NCBI GenBank assembly: GCA_013115145.1
Contig: JAAPAO010000023.1
Coordinates: 65,438 to 129,437, forward strand
Length of the DNA stretch: 64,000 nt
Reading direction: 5' to 3'
From: Perkinsus chesapeaki ATCC PRA-425
Taxonomy: Eukaryota > Protista > Perkinsozoa
Part shown: positions 38,870 through 51,851 of the stretch, piece by piece
Layout: each line of letters begins with the position of its first letter
Numbering within the stretch: the stretch's first letter is position 1
The notes under the pieces: generated by a model
Databases searched by the model: none
Told to the model about the DNA's origin: nothing
Seen by the model: only the letters and a program-made list of their open reading frames with translations
Made by a program: the position numbers and the translations under genes

Positions 38870-41649
38870 ATGACTACTCTCCGCCCCAACATCATCCTTC
38901 TCAAGCAGGGCACTGATTCCTCTCAAGGTAAGCAACCAGCGCTAGTGCTGCCACTCCTGATCCAGCAGCAGCAGCGGTAGCTGTCATTATAGCACTTATG
39001 TTCTTTCCTGCTACATTCCTTTAAGAACACGACTACTTCACCGAGCATGGCGATTCTAATACCTCGTGGCTGTATCGAAGGTGTAGTATATTTATCTGGC
39101 AGGTATCCCTCAGATCATTTCCAACATCAACGCCTGTGAGGTTATCGCGGACATAGTCCGTACTACGCTGGGGCCACGAGGGATGGATAAGCTCATCCAC
39201 TCGGAGAGTCGGGAGCCGACAATTACTAACGATGGCGCTACTGTCATGAAGCTGCTCAATATCAGTCATCCCGCCGCCAGGCTCATGTCTGATATCTCCA
39301 AGGCTCAAGATGATGAGGTGAGTTATTGGTCAAAGTGCTGGTAGGGATGGCGGGATCAGGTCGGAGATGGCACTACGTCTGTTGTCTTGTTCGCTGCTGA
39401 GCTTTTGAAAGAGGCGAAGATGTTCTTGGAGGAAGGCCTGCCTCCTCGGGCCCTTCTTAAGGGGTATCGCAGGGCCCTTCAGTTGGCTTTGGGTAGGTTA
39501 TGGATGAGTAATGGTGGTGACGATAGTGGTGACAGATAAACTGGAGGAGTTGGCGGTCGATTTGACGGCCAAGGCGCCAGAGGAGAAAAGGGAGATGTTG
39601 GTTAAGTGCGCCGAGACGACACTCAACAGCAAATTAGTTAGCGGCCAGAAGAAGTAGGATAACCTCGGCGAGGGGGGTGATGGAAATCTCTTTGTCAGAT
39701 TCTTTTCGGATATGGTCGTGTCGGCAGTGTTGATGCTGGATCAGGATTCATTGCCTGTGAACATGATCGGCTTCAAAAAGGTCCCTGGTGGATCGTTGAC
39801 TGAGTCTAGACTGGTCGATGGTGTTGCTTTTAAGAAGACTTTCTCTTATGCTGGTAATAATAAAGGAATCCTGTCGGAGGGTTGCGCAGCAGATGGGGCC
39901 ATTGGGGCCGGCGGGTGAAGTATTTACCCTTTCCGTAGTGGAAGTTAACCAGCTTCGATTCGGTCACCTCCCCTAATGGTACCGTGTCGTCGTTGCCTGT
40001 ATTGTTATTGTCAGGTTTCGAGCAGCAGCCTAAGTACTTCAAGAACCCAAAGATCCTGCTCCTCAACCTCGAGCTGGAGTTGAAGGCCGAGAAGGATAAC
40101 GCTGAGGTAGGCTGGGGCCATTGGAGGCCTAGGCGATGCTGATCGATTGAACACATTGGGACTCCGAATCTCCACGTTGATTTTTGCTCTTCAAACGAGG
40201 TTCTTTCAGGTTCGTATTTCCAACCCCGATGAGTACCAGGAGATAGTGGATGCCGAGTGGAACGTCATTTACGAGAAGCTCGATAACATTGCCAAGAGCG
40301 GCGCGCAAGTTGTCCTGTCTCGCCTTCCTATTGGAGATCTAGCCACACAGTACTTTGCTGATCGTAACATTTTCTGCGCCGGCAGGGTCGACCAGGACGA
40401 TATGAACCGCACGCTGCTGGTAGTGGTACCTTCGGTGGCGTTTTGCCTTCATGGTGATTCAGGCCGTCGGTGGATCTATTCAAACTACTGTGAACGGATT
40501 GACTGATGATGTCCTTGGTACATGTGGCAGCTTTGAGGAGGTTCAGATTGGCAACGAACGTTATAACATTTTCCACCAGTGCCTCCAGTCGAAGAGCGGT
40601 AAGTCCGAGCTTGGGTAGTCGAGTGAATTTGATGGGAGCTGCCTCTCTCGGGCTCGGGAACGTCCACATCGCAGCAGATCATGTTTTTGTCCTTGTTCAG
40701 CGACCATCATCCTGCGTGGCGGTGCGGCCCAATTCATTGAAGAGGCCGAACGTTCCCTCCACGACGCTGTTATGATTGTTAGGAGGGCCCTTAAGTGCTC
40801 CAAGGTGGGACGACGACGGTTAAGGAGGGGGCCTTGTTTAATATTATATATCAGATTGTTGGCGGTGGCGGTGCTATAGAGCTAGAGCTGTCTCGTTACC
40901 TTCGGGAATACTCTAGGACTTGCACCGGTGCTGATCAGGCTGTTATCAACTATTATGCGAGGTAAGCGAGAGGGAATACTAGGTGTTACCCAACCCAGGA
41001 GAGAGGAAGTCTCTTCTTGCACCTGGAACGTGTTTCCTATCAAACTTTCTATTGTACCTTTGCGCCTGGAGATTCTCTATCGAGCTTTGTATTCTGCCTA
41101 CTTGGTCTTTTATCTCCCTTCTGTTTGAGGAATGCGCTATCTCTTCAGAGCCCTCGAGTGCATCCCTCGTACTCTTGCCCGTAATAGCGGCGCCGACGCC
41201 ACGGATCTACTGAACAAGCTGCGATACAAGCATGCTGAAGGTAAGCCAATTCTGTGACGCGGATTGAGATGGTGGCGTCACAGGCTTGTCTGGTCGGTGG
41301 TACGGCGTTGATTGCTACAACTGCGATATTACCAACACGGTTGACAACTTCATTTGGGAGCCTGTAGTCGTGAAGAGGAACGCATTGGGCGCAGCCACAG
41401 AGGTAGGGGGTAGGTGAGCAGGATTTGAGGAGAGAGCGGTATGGGTTTAGGCAGCCTGCATGATCCTCAGTATTGATGAGACGGTCACTAACCCCAAGTC
41501 GGAACAGCCGGTAAGGAAAATTGTAAACGTGAATCGCTTCGCTCCGCTAAACCCACTTTGTTCAGGGTGGTAAGGGCAAGGGAGGCATGCCCATGGGCAA
41601 AGGAATGGGCCGTGGCATGATGGGCGGCAAAGGGATGGGTCGAAGATAA
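38870..41649 (+). CDS. CCT7: T-complex protein 1 subunit eta (CCT chaperonin)
   Basis: Reads [104 protein letters not shown], plus a Gly/Met-rich tail. Confidence 0.95.
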
Positions 41650-41849
41650 ATAAACGTTAGGAGCGAGCCGACGTGAAGGCTACTACTAGAACGTATTTAG
41701 ACGACGAGTCCGTCGATTAGGACTGTGATTAGGATGGTAGTGGCCAACAAATACCTTTTAAAAGTGATGACGATCATCTAGGATGGTTTTCTGCTGACTT
41801 TGGTGTTGAATTCAATGTCACTAAAGGGAGGGTCTAGCAGTTTGTGAGA

Positions 41850-42180
41850 ATGTCCTCGGAAGCACCACCACCAACAGGGGCAGGGGCAGGAGCAGAGTCT
41901 TCTGTTGTGGAAGGTGTGCCGGCGGCATATTTCACCGAACCGCCATTCGAGGCATTCTCGATGTATGGTGCGGTGAAGCTGGATGAGTATATAAGAGAGC
42001 TGGGAGAGGAGTATTGGAAGTATCGGGTAGTAGGGCACCAGAAGTCTGGATGGACCACACTCGGCCATTGCTAGTCTTCGGTCGCTGGTGGAGCGTTCTT
42101 GCGATGCTGTGGAAGTTGTTAAGTCCCATTTCGCTCCTCTCTTTCGAACACGTGAGCCTAGGAAGGAGTTTCCCTGAATT
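41850..42180 (+). CDS. Small hypothetical protein; 3' end uncertain
   Basis: MSSEAPPP...LDEYIRELGEEYWKY followed by a plausible GT-AG intron and an open exon (LRSLVERSCDAVEVVK). Confidence 0.4.
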
Positions 42181-42304
42181 CTCACCGTACGGAACTTGTG
42201 AGTGCTGCACTATTGAATCACCACCGTGTCACCACTAGGTATCGTCTAGTAATAATAATCTCTCGGGTATATCGAGATGGAAGCTGCCCCCGCCGGTGAA
42301 GACG

Positions 42305-45005
42305 ATGGCACCGAGCGTGCAGCCAGTGGAGGAAGAGGAGGTTGAGGAAGGTAGCGAGCCTTGGTATTCAGGACTCGACTGCGTGTCAGCTCCAACTGCT
42401 ACAACAACAGTGGTGGCCTCGCCCACCTCTGAGGAGGACAGCAGTGCTGCGGAGCAGGTGAAGCAGGCGGATCTACCTCGCAGACTGGTCCGACCGAAAA
42501 AATGCTTCCTCCACAAAAAGCCGAGGCCGCATACTTGTGCGAAATGCCGGAAGTATGCGGAGGAGATGGAAGAGTTTAATAGGAGTCTTATCGAGATGGC
42601 AGGTAGGCCGGTGACGTCGGCTGGCAATGGGAGGGTGCGAGGATATCAGACCCCTCAAAACAACCAGTCAGAGATTCAACATCGTTGGAAGGGTCTGGTG
42701 GAGGAGAGGAGGAAGGTGTTGATGTTGATGGCAGCGGAGCCTTGATATTGGTCAACCAAGGACCGCTGTATGGCCTCTACCCGACACTGATGCAGAATAT
42801 TTGTTCATCTGAGTGAGTACGACGGATACCTCTCTGATCTTGATGTGGTTGGTAGTTACTATAAGGAGGGGCTTGGAGGGATAGGAACGGTGGAGGAGGT
42901 CGTAGAGGAGGTGGAGAAATCTGCGAATCACGCGGAGCCGTAGGCGGAGCGAAGCGGCGATTAGCATTATCTGTGGACTAGGTACAACGTTGGTGCGTTG
43001 AACATGCCGTCAACACTGTTTTGTTGCCTTTATAAATTATGTAAGATTTTGATAAATCTATCGGAGTGAGATTTGGAGAGTTTCAGGCACATTGGGGCCT
43101 AGTCCGGCAGATTTGCGACATATGTTGGGTAGGGGAAAGAGCCCGTAAGAGTATCTTTGTTGGGTATGAAGTGCACGGTTGAAGCTTAGATACGTAGTGT
43201 GTCTTGGACTCCTCTACCTGCGATGTGTGAGCAAGCCCAGCAAGTTATGGACATGGTTCTATCCCATCCTTTTCAACACCACTGTAGCCCCTCTTTTCTC
43301 GACGGTAGCCGTGGGGATGTCCGATTTAGGTCTTCCATCCGGAGCAAGTGATAGGAGAGGTCGAGGCCGAACCGATGACCCTCGGCCGCTATGCTGAGTT
43401 GCTGCTGCTCACCCACAAATACTTCACAGTCAATCTCAACAGGTTGGAATGTATCTACCTCACAAGTCGCTGATGTCGTTCAGGTTGCCTGAATCAGCCC
43501 TGCAATCGTTTGGAGTTCGGTGCATCCTATTGGACACGGAGGATTGCCGCAGTAGAGCTGCTGGCCATCCTGAGAATGCCGACCAACTCAGTGTTGTTGG
43601 TACATATGTAAGCATGACTTCTTTGATTGTAGTGGAGGACCTAAATGCCAGGTGTTTGCTCGTAGTGAGGACTCAGGAACATGGGATTTGGGGCAGATAG
43701 TGCCGGGTGGAGACGCCAGCCTTGGAATGGTGGAGGTACCTTTGGGGGAGGGAGGCGCTCCAGCTCCAATGTTCGGGGCCGCTCTAGTAGCGTTATAGTG
43801 AGTGACGCTGAAGCATTTATGTTATAGGCAGTAGTTATGTTATTATCGGATTGGCAGGGAGGGCAGGGTTATGAATGCCAATCTGCGACACTACTGCGAA
43901 GTGAACTGATGAGGAGAAACCAGCACTTGCCCAATTTTTCTGTAGGATTTAACTATTGGTTTGAAATGGTGTAGGCGAATGCTATATCGGTCGTATTATT
44001 ATTACAACTAGTTTATATCGAGCTGATGCTTGATAGCAGTCTTCATTGGCGACTGCCCAGGTTCGGACGTCAGAGACTGAGACCAGGTTGGTCCATTGGT
44101 CGACCCTACGAATGTGTATGGATGTAGCGGCGGCCCGGAGAGCAGCGGATGCGGTGGCCTTTACTAAGGAGGATGGTGAGGAATTCGGCAAATAGGAGGG
44201 TTCGAAGTGTGTTTCCTTAGATGCAGCAAGAGCTCGTAGACGGGCACTTCTAGTCTGGCGGCAACAGCAGAGGGCATTTGCGGAGGAGAGAGCATTTAGA
44301 GTGTCCGCTGGATGGCAGAGCCGAGGAGTTACTGATGATGTAGGTCTCGATAGGGAGATACGGAAGCCTTCAGACTTGAATAACATTGCGGGTTAGACTT
44401 GGTAGAATGATTAGAACCGAAACGCCCGAACTTTCCTTAGAACTGAAATTTCCGAAGCCTTGGGGGGACTCGCAGAAAGGCGCTCGTGAGCTTGTTGATC
44501 GGAAAATGTAACCTAGGACCTTTGGAAGGGACGTAATGAAGATTGGCAATGATCTGTTGATCTCGTGGCAGATACATGAGGAGGAGTTGGAGCAGTTGCC
44601 AACGGCAGAAGGGCAGGAGGAGGAGAGTGAGGAAAGTGCCCCCAAGAAACGCCGTGTTGTCTCTAAAGAGTAATAAAGGGGCTTCATGGCCGTGGGTTGA
44701 GCGAGCGGATATGATCAGCTGCTCACGCCAGTTGCACCTGTGCTTTGCCACTCTTTCGTGGAGTTCCTAAGAACTTATAACCCCAATTCCGCACTCTGCT
44801 GTGAAAAGGATTCCTAGTTCTACCTGTGCAGAATTAACTACCAATGAACCTGACAGCTTCGTGGTTGATTCCTTGTTGTTCGTGTATCAGATACCAACAA
44901 CAGCAAGAGGCTCTGCTACGTCGAAGATACGTGGACTCGGCAGCTCCCAAGCCAGCCGCCGCTCGAAAGGACCAGGAAGAGCCCGATGTCGGCTTTATCG
45001 GTTAA
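42305..45005 (+). CDS. PRP38B-like pre-mRNA splicing factor
   Basis: Reads YYKEGL...EEVVEEV...HAEPYNVG...PSTLFCCLYKL and LRYVVCLGLLYLRCVSKPSKLWTWF, the PRP38 domain pattern. C-terminal exons are approximate. Confidence 0.8.
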
Positions 45006-45093
45006 TTTTTCCTCCCAATCGTTTCCTAACCTGAACTGGCTTCTAGTGCGACGCTACTGATTCGCGCTATTGTTAGTTTTTTCATTCGCTTTA

Positions 45094-46374
45094 ATGGCGC
45101 CAGTCGTCTCTGTTCCCGCCAGAGAGCCATCAGCGGCTCTTGTAGACTTCTCCGCTGCAACCTCCGGAGCTGCAGGGGCCGCCTTTAGCACGCTCGTTAT
45201 GTAATTCATCGGGCGCTTCTGTAAGGCTCGGTATCATTATCCCAGGTATCCCCTCGACACGGTGAAGACACGCTTGAATGTCGGGGTCGATGAAAACGGT
45301 GAGCCTTATGATAAGGGGTCGTTGGACGTCCTCGTTCGCACTGTTCGGTAGGCAGCCTCGCTTAGAGTTAGTCTCAGTTTCGCCCGTTTTAGTTCGGGAG
45401 GCATTGGTGCTCTTTACCGCGGTTTAACGGCGAAGCTGTTCCACAGTGTCCTTCAGAAGTTCGTCTATTTCTACCTCTATAGCGCACTCATCGTAAGGAG
45501 CTCACGAGCGCTGGCTGGAAGGGAGAGAGACCTTTGTTGTCTTAGCGTGTTTATCAATCTAAACGGCGCGTTGAAGGGAAGCTATCGGTATCTGCCAATC
45601 TTGCTCTTGGTTACATAGCAGCACTCGGAAGTGTATTTGTGACGACGCCTGTAGAGATAGTTCAGACTAGGCAGCAGGTAATTGATGACTGCCACTCCTC
45701 GGCAACAACGGTGTTTGTAGGTTGGACGCTCTGAAGGTCACTTCCTTCGTCACCTAACGCAAATGGCCATCACCGAACCAACCGATTTGTAGGGAATGCT
45801 GCTTCGTAGGCCGCCTCCTCCTGGTCATGAGGGTTCTCAGGTACGCTGGCCTCGGTTCGAATATAATATTATGCATCAATCCAGCAATCGAATATACTAC
45901 GTTCGATCAGCTTAAAAGGCCCTTCCTTAAAGGACGGTATGAGTAACGCGATCTGCTCTTGTCGAGTGTGTTGTCGTTAGGTCCAATTTAACATCGATGG
46001 AAGCGTTCTGGCTCGGAGCTCTCGCCAAGGCTGTAGCTACGATATGCACTTTCCCGTAGTTCGCTTGCTTCTCTACGGTAGCGATTGCTTTGATTGCAGA
46101 TATGTAAGAGTGAAGGTTTTGCAACAGACGAAAGGCAAAGGAAATGACCCTACCGAGGCGAGCCCAAAGAAGTTGCTGAAGGACATGTGGGACGAGGAAG
46201 GTGGCAGTGTGGCTGGATTGTACAAGGTTGGTTGCGTCTCTGTGCCCCTTACTGTATCGCCCCGTGCAGGGAATGAGCCCGCAACTCTACAAGGGGGTTT
46301 TAACAGCAGCGTTGATGCTGATGGCAAAAGAGAAGATAGATGAGAGCATTAAAAGTGTCATATTGAGGAGATGA
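45094..46374 (+). CDS. Mitochondrial carrier family (SLC25) protein, peroxisomal adenine nucleotide/CoA carrier type (PMP34/ANT1-like)
   Basis: PxD/ExxK motifs YPLDTVKTRL and TPVEIVQTRQ; LYRGLTAKLFHSVLQKFVYFYLY; ends QLYKGVLTAALMLMAKEKI. Confidence 0.85.
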
Positions 46375-46806
46375 TGATGTGTGATTTCATATTAATTTAT
46401 CGTTTCATTATTTATTATTGTTCGTGGTGTTTCCAAGCTCTCAAAGACAACATTGACACAAACGACGGCGAATGCCAAGATCAGTTGGCTATAATGAAGA
46501 ATAACGTTACCGAACTACACGGACATCATCATCACGAACAACATTCAGTCTTCTGGTGGCTGATCAGCTGCATTCGATCACTCGGGTGATCTACCTAGTT
46601 TGCCAGCTCCACTCTTTCCATTTCCTATCAGAGATTGTCCTCCAAACTTATCACGCAGAAGTCCGTTCCTACGCAGCGGTATTATCAAACTTCATTCTGG
46701 TGTATGTTGTGAATAACGACATCTTTTGGAGTTGATAACTGCTAATGCGAAGGTTAGGGAACTTCCACAACAACATGAACCGTGAAATAGTTTCTTCTCG
46801 TGTTGA

Positions 46807-47708
46807 CTATCCGCCATTTTTGAGGTGAAATAAACCTTTCTCGGGGGAGGAGAGTGCGGGGTTGCTTATTCTCTTCGCTTCCTCCAACTTGTCTATGATT
46901 ATGTGTTTCTTGGCGATCAAGAAGTCAGAGACCCAGGCGAAGGGGCGATTCTCTCCTCCAGCAGTGATTGTCAGCGCGCGGAGGATTTCCTCGCAGTTCG
47001 GTCTTCCTGGCAGTTCTAGGATACCTCTCACCGCTCTAGCAACGTCACCGAAAGGGTTTAGATTTTGGGAACGTCTCTGCGCGCTCGAGTCGAAAAGCGG
47101 GCTGGCAAACTGGAAGAATTTCTCCACTTTATCGGGTTCTCCGCTGACTGCAGTAGAATCGTTATCAAATCTGAAGCGAAGCCACTGTAACGTTGGACTT
47201 GACCTGAGGTATAACATGATCGCCTTAGTGGAATTGGCGCCGCTACCTAAAAGCCACTCGAGCCTCACCTCCATTCCAACTGATGTAGGTTTCTGTGTCG
47301 TGGTTGACTCTATACAAAGAGACATTGAGCGCTCAGAGGAGATAGTCCAACTTACGGTATGCTACGAACATGAAAGAATCCCGACCCTTGTTTGTGTTTC
47401 AGCAAGCAGGAGTTCTTATCTTGGGCAATCTAACGCAAACAGAATCAATTGGTAACAGCACCCAGAGAGTCGTAACGGCGACACCGAATCTTCCGGCGAA
47501 GGAGCTTCCGTACGATAGTGTCACCAAACCTACTTCAATGTCGCCCACCACGGACTTCTGTACACCATCAGTCTGCTTATTAGTCTGACCACCAACAGTA
47601 TAATTCTGATATATCACTTCTAACCTTTCTCGGTCTCGCTCTCACAGCGCCCATCAACTCTCGTGTCGAAATGAAGCATAGTAGAGTGAAGACGTTGGAG
47701 GTGATCAT
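46807..47708 (-). CDS. Hypothetical secreted protein, lineage-specific
   Basis: Hydrophobic N-terminus MITSNVFTLLCFIS..., then spliced exons and the 172-aa terminal ORF; no family recognised. Confidence 0.5.
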
Positions 47709-48320
47709 TCTTCTCAAGATGGAAACAACGCCTCAAAGGGGAAACTTCAACACGACGCCAGTTGGCTGAGAACACTCAAATGCTTGTAACATCAATTCTC
47801 TAGCGGCAATCACTCCGAGGAAATACCGATCGCGCGAACGTTTAGACCTTCGGTGCCCGCCTGGGAAATCAATACCATTCGACACCTGCACCGGGTGCAG
47901 TGCACGCAATCATTCTCGCTCTAACTTGTTCCACTTTCGTGCGAACGACACGGAGAGCGGACCGGTCGACGAGACAGCAGCATAGGCAATGTACCGAAAT
48001 TTCGACCAGGTTAGCGCGACTCATTTATGTTTCAACTAGACTGTAGGTCTGTGTTTGATATTGCGAGTTCTGGGATGAAGTCGAGCATCTCGACTGAACT
48101 GGCGCGAGACGGCGGTGAAGGCGAGAGAGGATAATTCGACAAATTGGGAACTTGGTCGGGAGTGCCGCCGACAGGTATTGCCAACACCATAGTCATCAGC
48201 TGACTACACTGACAGTTAACTTGTACACAAACCACTAGAGATGTGAAACCATAAAAAATTAAATAAATAGAGATTGTGAGGGCAGCGAGATTTAAACAAT
48301 AATTAAGAGCTTTGAATATC

Positions 48321-50681
48321 TCACTTGATGAAGAGCATCTCCTGATAGGTCGGGAGTGGCCAGTACTCATCAGATACGATTTGCTCCAAAGAATCAACAG
48401 CCTCTCTTAACGCCTTCATAGTTGGGCGCAGTTCGTCAGCGGCAAACCTCGCATGAGCTTTAGGATCCTCGCTGGTGCTCTTGTGGTCGACCTTAGCCTT
48501 CAGAGCTGCCATAGCCTTGCCTAGATCTTCCACGTACTTGCTAACTTCGACCAGTCTAGAGCAAGTGAACTCGGGAACGATACCAGTGGCGGCCTTGAGA
48601 TTGGCTATGTTAGCGGCGAGATCGGTTTGATACTTCAAACATGCGGGGAGAATCATCGTATCTGGCGAAACCTACACTGTCGTCGATTCCGTTACGACTT
48701 ACTGGCAATCCTATAAGCACAGCGAGCCTCAACACCGATACGGTTGAAGTAGATTTCCAAAAGGATGTTCTTCTTTGCCATAAGCTCGGACCGGCTCATC
48801 ACACCGCAGCTCTCAAACAAGGCGATGGTCTCTGGAGTCGCATACTCCTCGATTGCCTACAGAGCGACCAATAGAAAAACTAAAGTCGAATGATGCACGC
48901 AACTTACCTCCGGCGACTTCACCAAAACTTTCAATCCGCGTCTAACAGCCTCATCCTTCCAGGTATCGGAATAACCGTCACCGTTGAAAACAACGCGGCC
49001 GTGATCCCTATAGACCTCACCAATGATGGCCTTGGCAGACTCCTCGAGAGTCATGCCACTGGCAATTCTCTGCTCGAGCAAGTCAGCCAAATGCGCCAGA
49101 CTCTGGGCCATAATGGTGTTCAAGACAATCAACGACGGTGACAATGATTGGCTCGAACCAACAGCGCGGAATTCGAACTTGTTGCCGGTGAAGGCGAATG
49201 GGCTTGTTCTGTTTCGATCGCCGGCATCCTTGTTCAGAGACGGCAGAGTCTTGGCACCCAAAGTCATCGATGTACGCCTCACACGAGTTTCCAAAGTGTA
49301 GTGGCCCGTACTAGGTTCACCAGCTTTAGTAGCCGACTTGATCTGCTCGAAGATATCGAAGAGCTGGTCACCAAGGTAGATGGAGATGATGGCAGGCGGG
49401 GCCTCTTGAGCACCTACAGACAACAACATCAACAGACAGACCAACAACTCACACCTTACCGAGTCTATGGTCGTTCGACGCGCTGGCAATGCTGCCACGC
49501 AAGAGACCAGCGTGGATGTCAACAGCTCTGATAACCGCTGCGATGAAGAATAGGAATCGAGTGTTGGCACCGGGGTTCTCGGTAGGCTCAAAGAAGTTGC
49601 CCTGAGTACTGTTGCCGATACTCCAGTTGACGTGCTTGCCAGAGCCATTAACACCTGCAAATGGCTTCTCGTGAAGGAGGGCCTGAAAGCCGTGCTTCTC
49701 GGCCGTATTGCGCAGAACTTGCATAATCAAATGCTGATGGTCGGAGGCGATATTAGCGGTCTCGAAGAGGGGAACGATCTCGAACTGTCCCGGAGCGACT
49801 TCGTTATGACGGCATTTGATCGGCACGCCAAGCTTGTACAGACGGCTCTCGGTCTCGGTCATGCACTTCAGCACTCGGTCGGGAATGGCGCCGAAGTAAT
49901 GGTCATCGAACTGCTGGGACTTAGCTGGTATAGAGCCAAAGAGGGTGCGATCACAAATAACCAAATCTGGCCTCAACGAGACCAAACGTTTGTCGACCAA
50001 GAAGTACTCCTGCTCGGGACCACAGAAACTGGTGATGTTGCTGATATACTCGGACTCTCGGACAAAATGGCCGAGGACTCGACGAGCGGAATTCTCTACC
50101 GCTTGCATAGACCTCAGCAAAGGAATCTTCAAGTCGATGGCCTCACCAGTCCACGAGACGAAGGCAGTGGGAATACATAGTGTGAGAGTGCCGCCCTTTT
50201 CCAGGACATAGGCAGGTGACGTTACGTCCCAAGCAGTGTAACCGCGAGCCTCGTTGGTACCGCGGATACCACCGTTGGGGAAGGAAGAGGCATCAGGCTC
50301 GCCTTGGATCAAAGACTTGCCATCAAACCTCGTCAGAGCAGTACCGTCTCCACTGGGCTCGATGAAGCTCTCGTGCTTCTCGGCAGTGGAACCAGTGTGT
50401 GGATAAAAGACATGTGTGAAGTGTGTGGCACCGAGACCAACAGCCCAATCCTTCATAGCAGCGGCGACTGTATCAGCCAGAGAGGGATCAAGAGCCTCTT
50501 GGTTCTCCACAGTGCTGCGCATCTGCTTGTAAATAGAGTTTGGCAAGCAGTCCTTCATGACCCTATCAGAGAAGACATGCATGCCAAACTGGTCCTTGGT
50601 CGTCTTGGTGTTCACACCGTACGACAAGTCACGATTGCCATCAACAATAGATGAAATGGCAGAGACACGACTGGCGGCCAT
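48321..50681 (-). CDS. Glutamine synthetase type III, copy 1 (3 introns)
   Basis: Reads [88 protein letters not shown]. Confidence 0.95.
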
Positions 50682-50917
50682 TGCAAAAAATAACCTGTTC
50701 AAGAATTGACTAGTTCGCCGTTAATGTTCGACGTTAGCCTATCGACCTCGCTAGTATCTTTACTGCAGCACTTAACAACGACACACTAGTAGTCCCATTC
50801 AAGTGTGCGCATTGGATTTAGCGCACGCCCCCGGAGACCAAATCTCGCTCGCCCTGGTAATCGATATGAGCTATACTTGCCTCTAGTCAGCCTCTTTGTA
50901 CAGGTAGTCCCGTCAAT

Positions 50918-51321
50918 ATGGCCGCGAAATCTGGCTTGGCCGCTGGCATCAACAAGGGTCACACGCTCAACGTGCGTCAGCCCAAGGCTCTTAAGTCTTC
51001 TTACTCCGCTAAGAAGCATCTCGCTCGTGAGGTCGCCCGTGAGGTATGCGGCTTCGCTCCCTATGAGCGTCATATGATGGAGTTGATCAAGATCGGCTCC
51101 GCTGCTAGTTTCAAGCGTGCTCTTAAGGTACTTACGGGAATGCGTTGACTACGTTGAATCGTAAATGGTTATTTTGATTATCCGTGATGGTTTGTTTGTT
51201 TGTTTAGTACGGCAAGAAGCGTTTGGGAACTCACAAGAGAGCCAAGGCAAAGCGTGAGGAGCTTCAGGCTGACATCATGGCTCAGCGTAAGAAGGCTCAC
51301 GCTGCTCACGCCCATCACTAA
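50918..51321 (+). CDS. RPL36: 60S ribosomal protein L36 (intron 51128-51207)
   Basis: Reads [33 protein letters not shown]|[19 protein letters not shown]. Confidence 0.97.
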
Positions 51322-51656
51322 ACAACTCAATGCTGATGCACGTGAAGGTGGAGGCAGCTGTTCGACGACTACAACGATGATCAACGACGCTCTGTTTGCT
51401 GGTTATCGCTCATCACAGCAGTTGGTGCGGCAGACGCTGTTTCCAGTGCTGGACGGGAACTATCCCTTCCCCCGGTGTTGCGTTAAGTATGGTGATGGTC
51501 GTGGTGGTGGTGACGGCAGATTTTTGTTGAATCGGGTCTGGCTTGTGCATAGCTTTGCCTGAATTACTTCTGCTATATAAAATGGAGGCTGATTAGCGGC
51601 ATTCTAGCGTATTTGTTGTGATTGCCGTCAGTCGTCTGATCAACAAGTTAATAATA

Positions 51657-51737
51657 ATAATGATGATCATCTGTTTTGCATAGTTCACTCTTACTGTTAG
51701 TGACGAACAATAACAATCACCATCTTTCGTCTGATTC
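51657..51737 (+). ncRNA. Box C/D snoRNA, copy 1, dual guide to LSU rRNA
   Basis: C box ATGATGA at 51660, C' GTGACGA, D box CTGA at 51731. Guides GCATAGTTCAC and TCACCATCTTTCG are antisense to the conserved LSU segment CGAAAGAUGGUGAACUAUGC. Confidence 0.85.
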
Positions 51738-51752
51738 CTCTCGTTGTCTGTG

Positions 51753-51830
51753 GTAATGATGATATTATTAGCATAGTTCACTCCGACTGTCAGTGACGAT
51801 TAACCTAATCACCATCTTTCGTCTGAACTA
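51753..51830 (+). ncRNA. Box C/D snoRNA, copy 2, same guides
   Basis: C box at 51756, D' CCGA, C' GTGACGA, D box CTGA at 51823. Guides identical to copy 1 while spacers diverge. Confidence 0.88.
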
Positions 51831-51851
51831 TCCCTCTGTCTGGTAGCAGCA

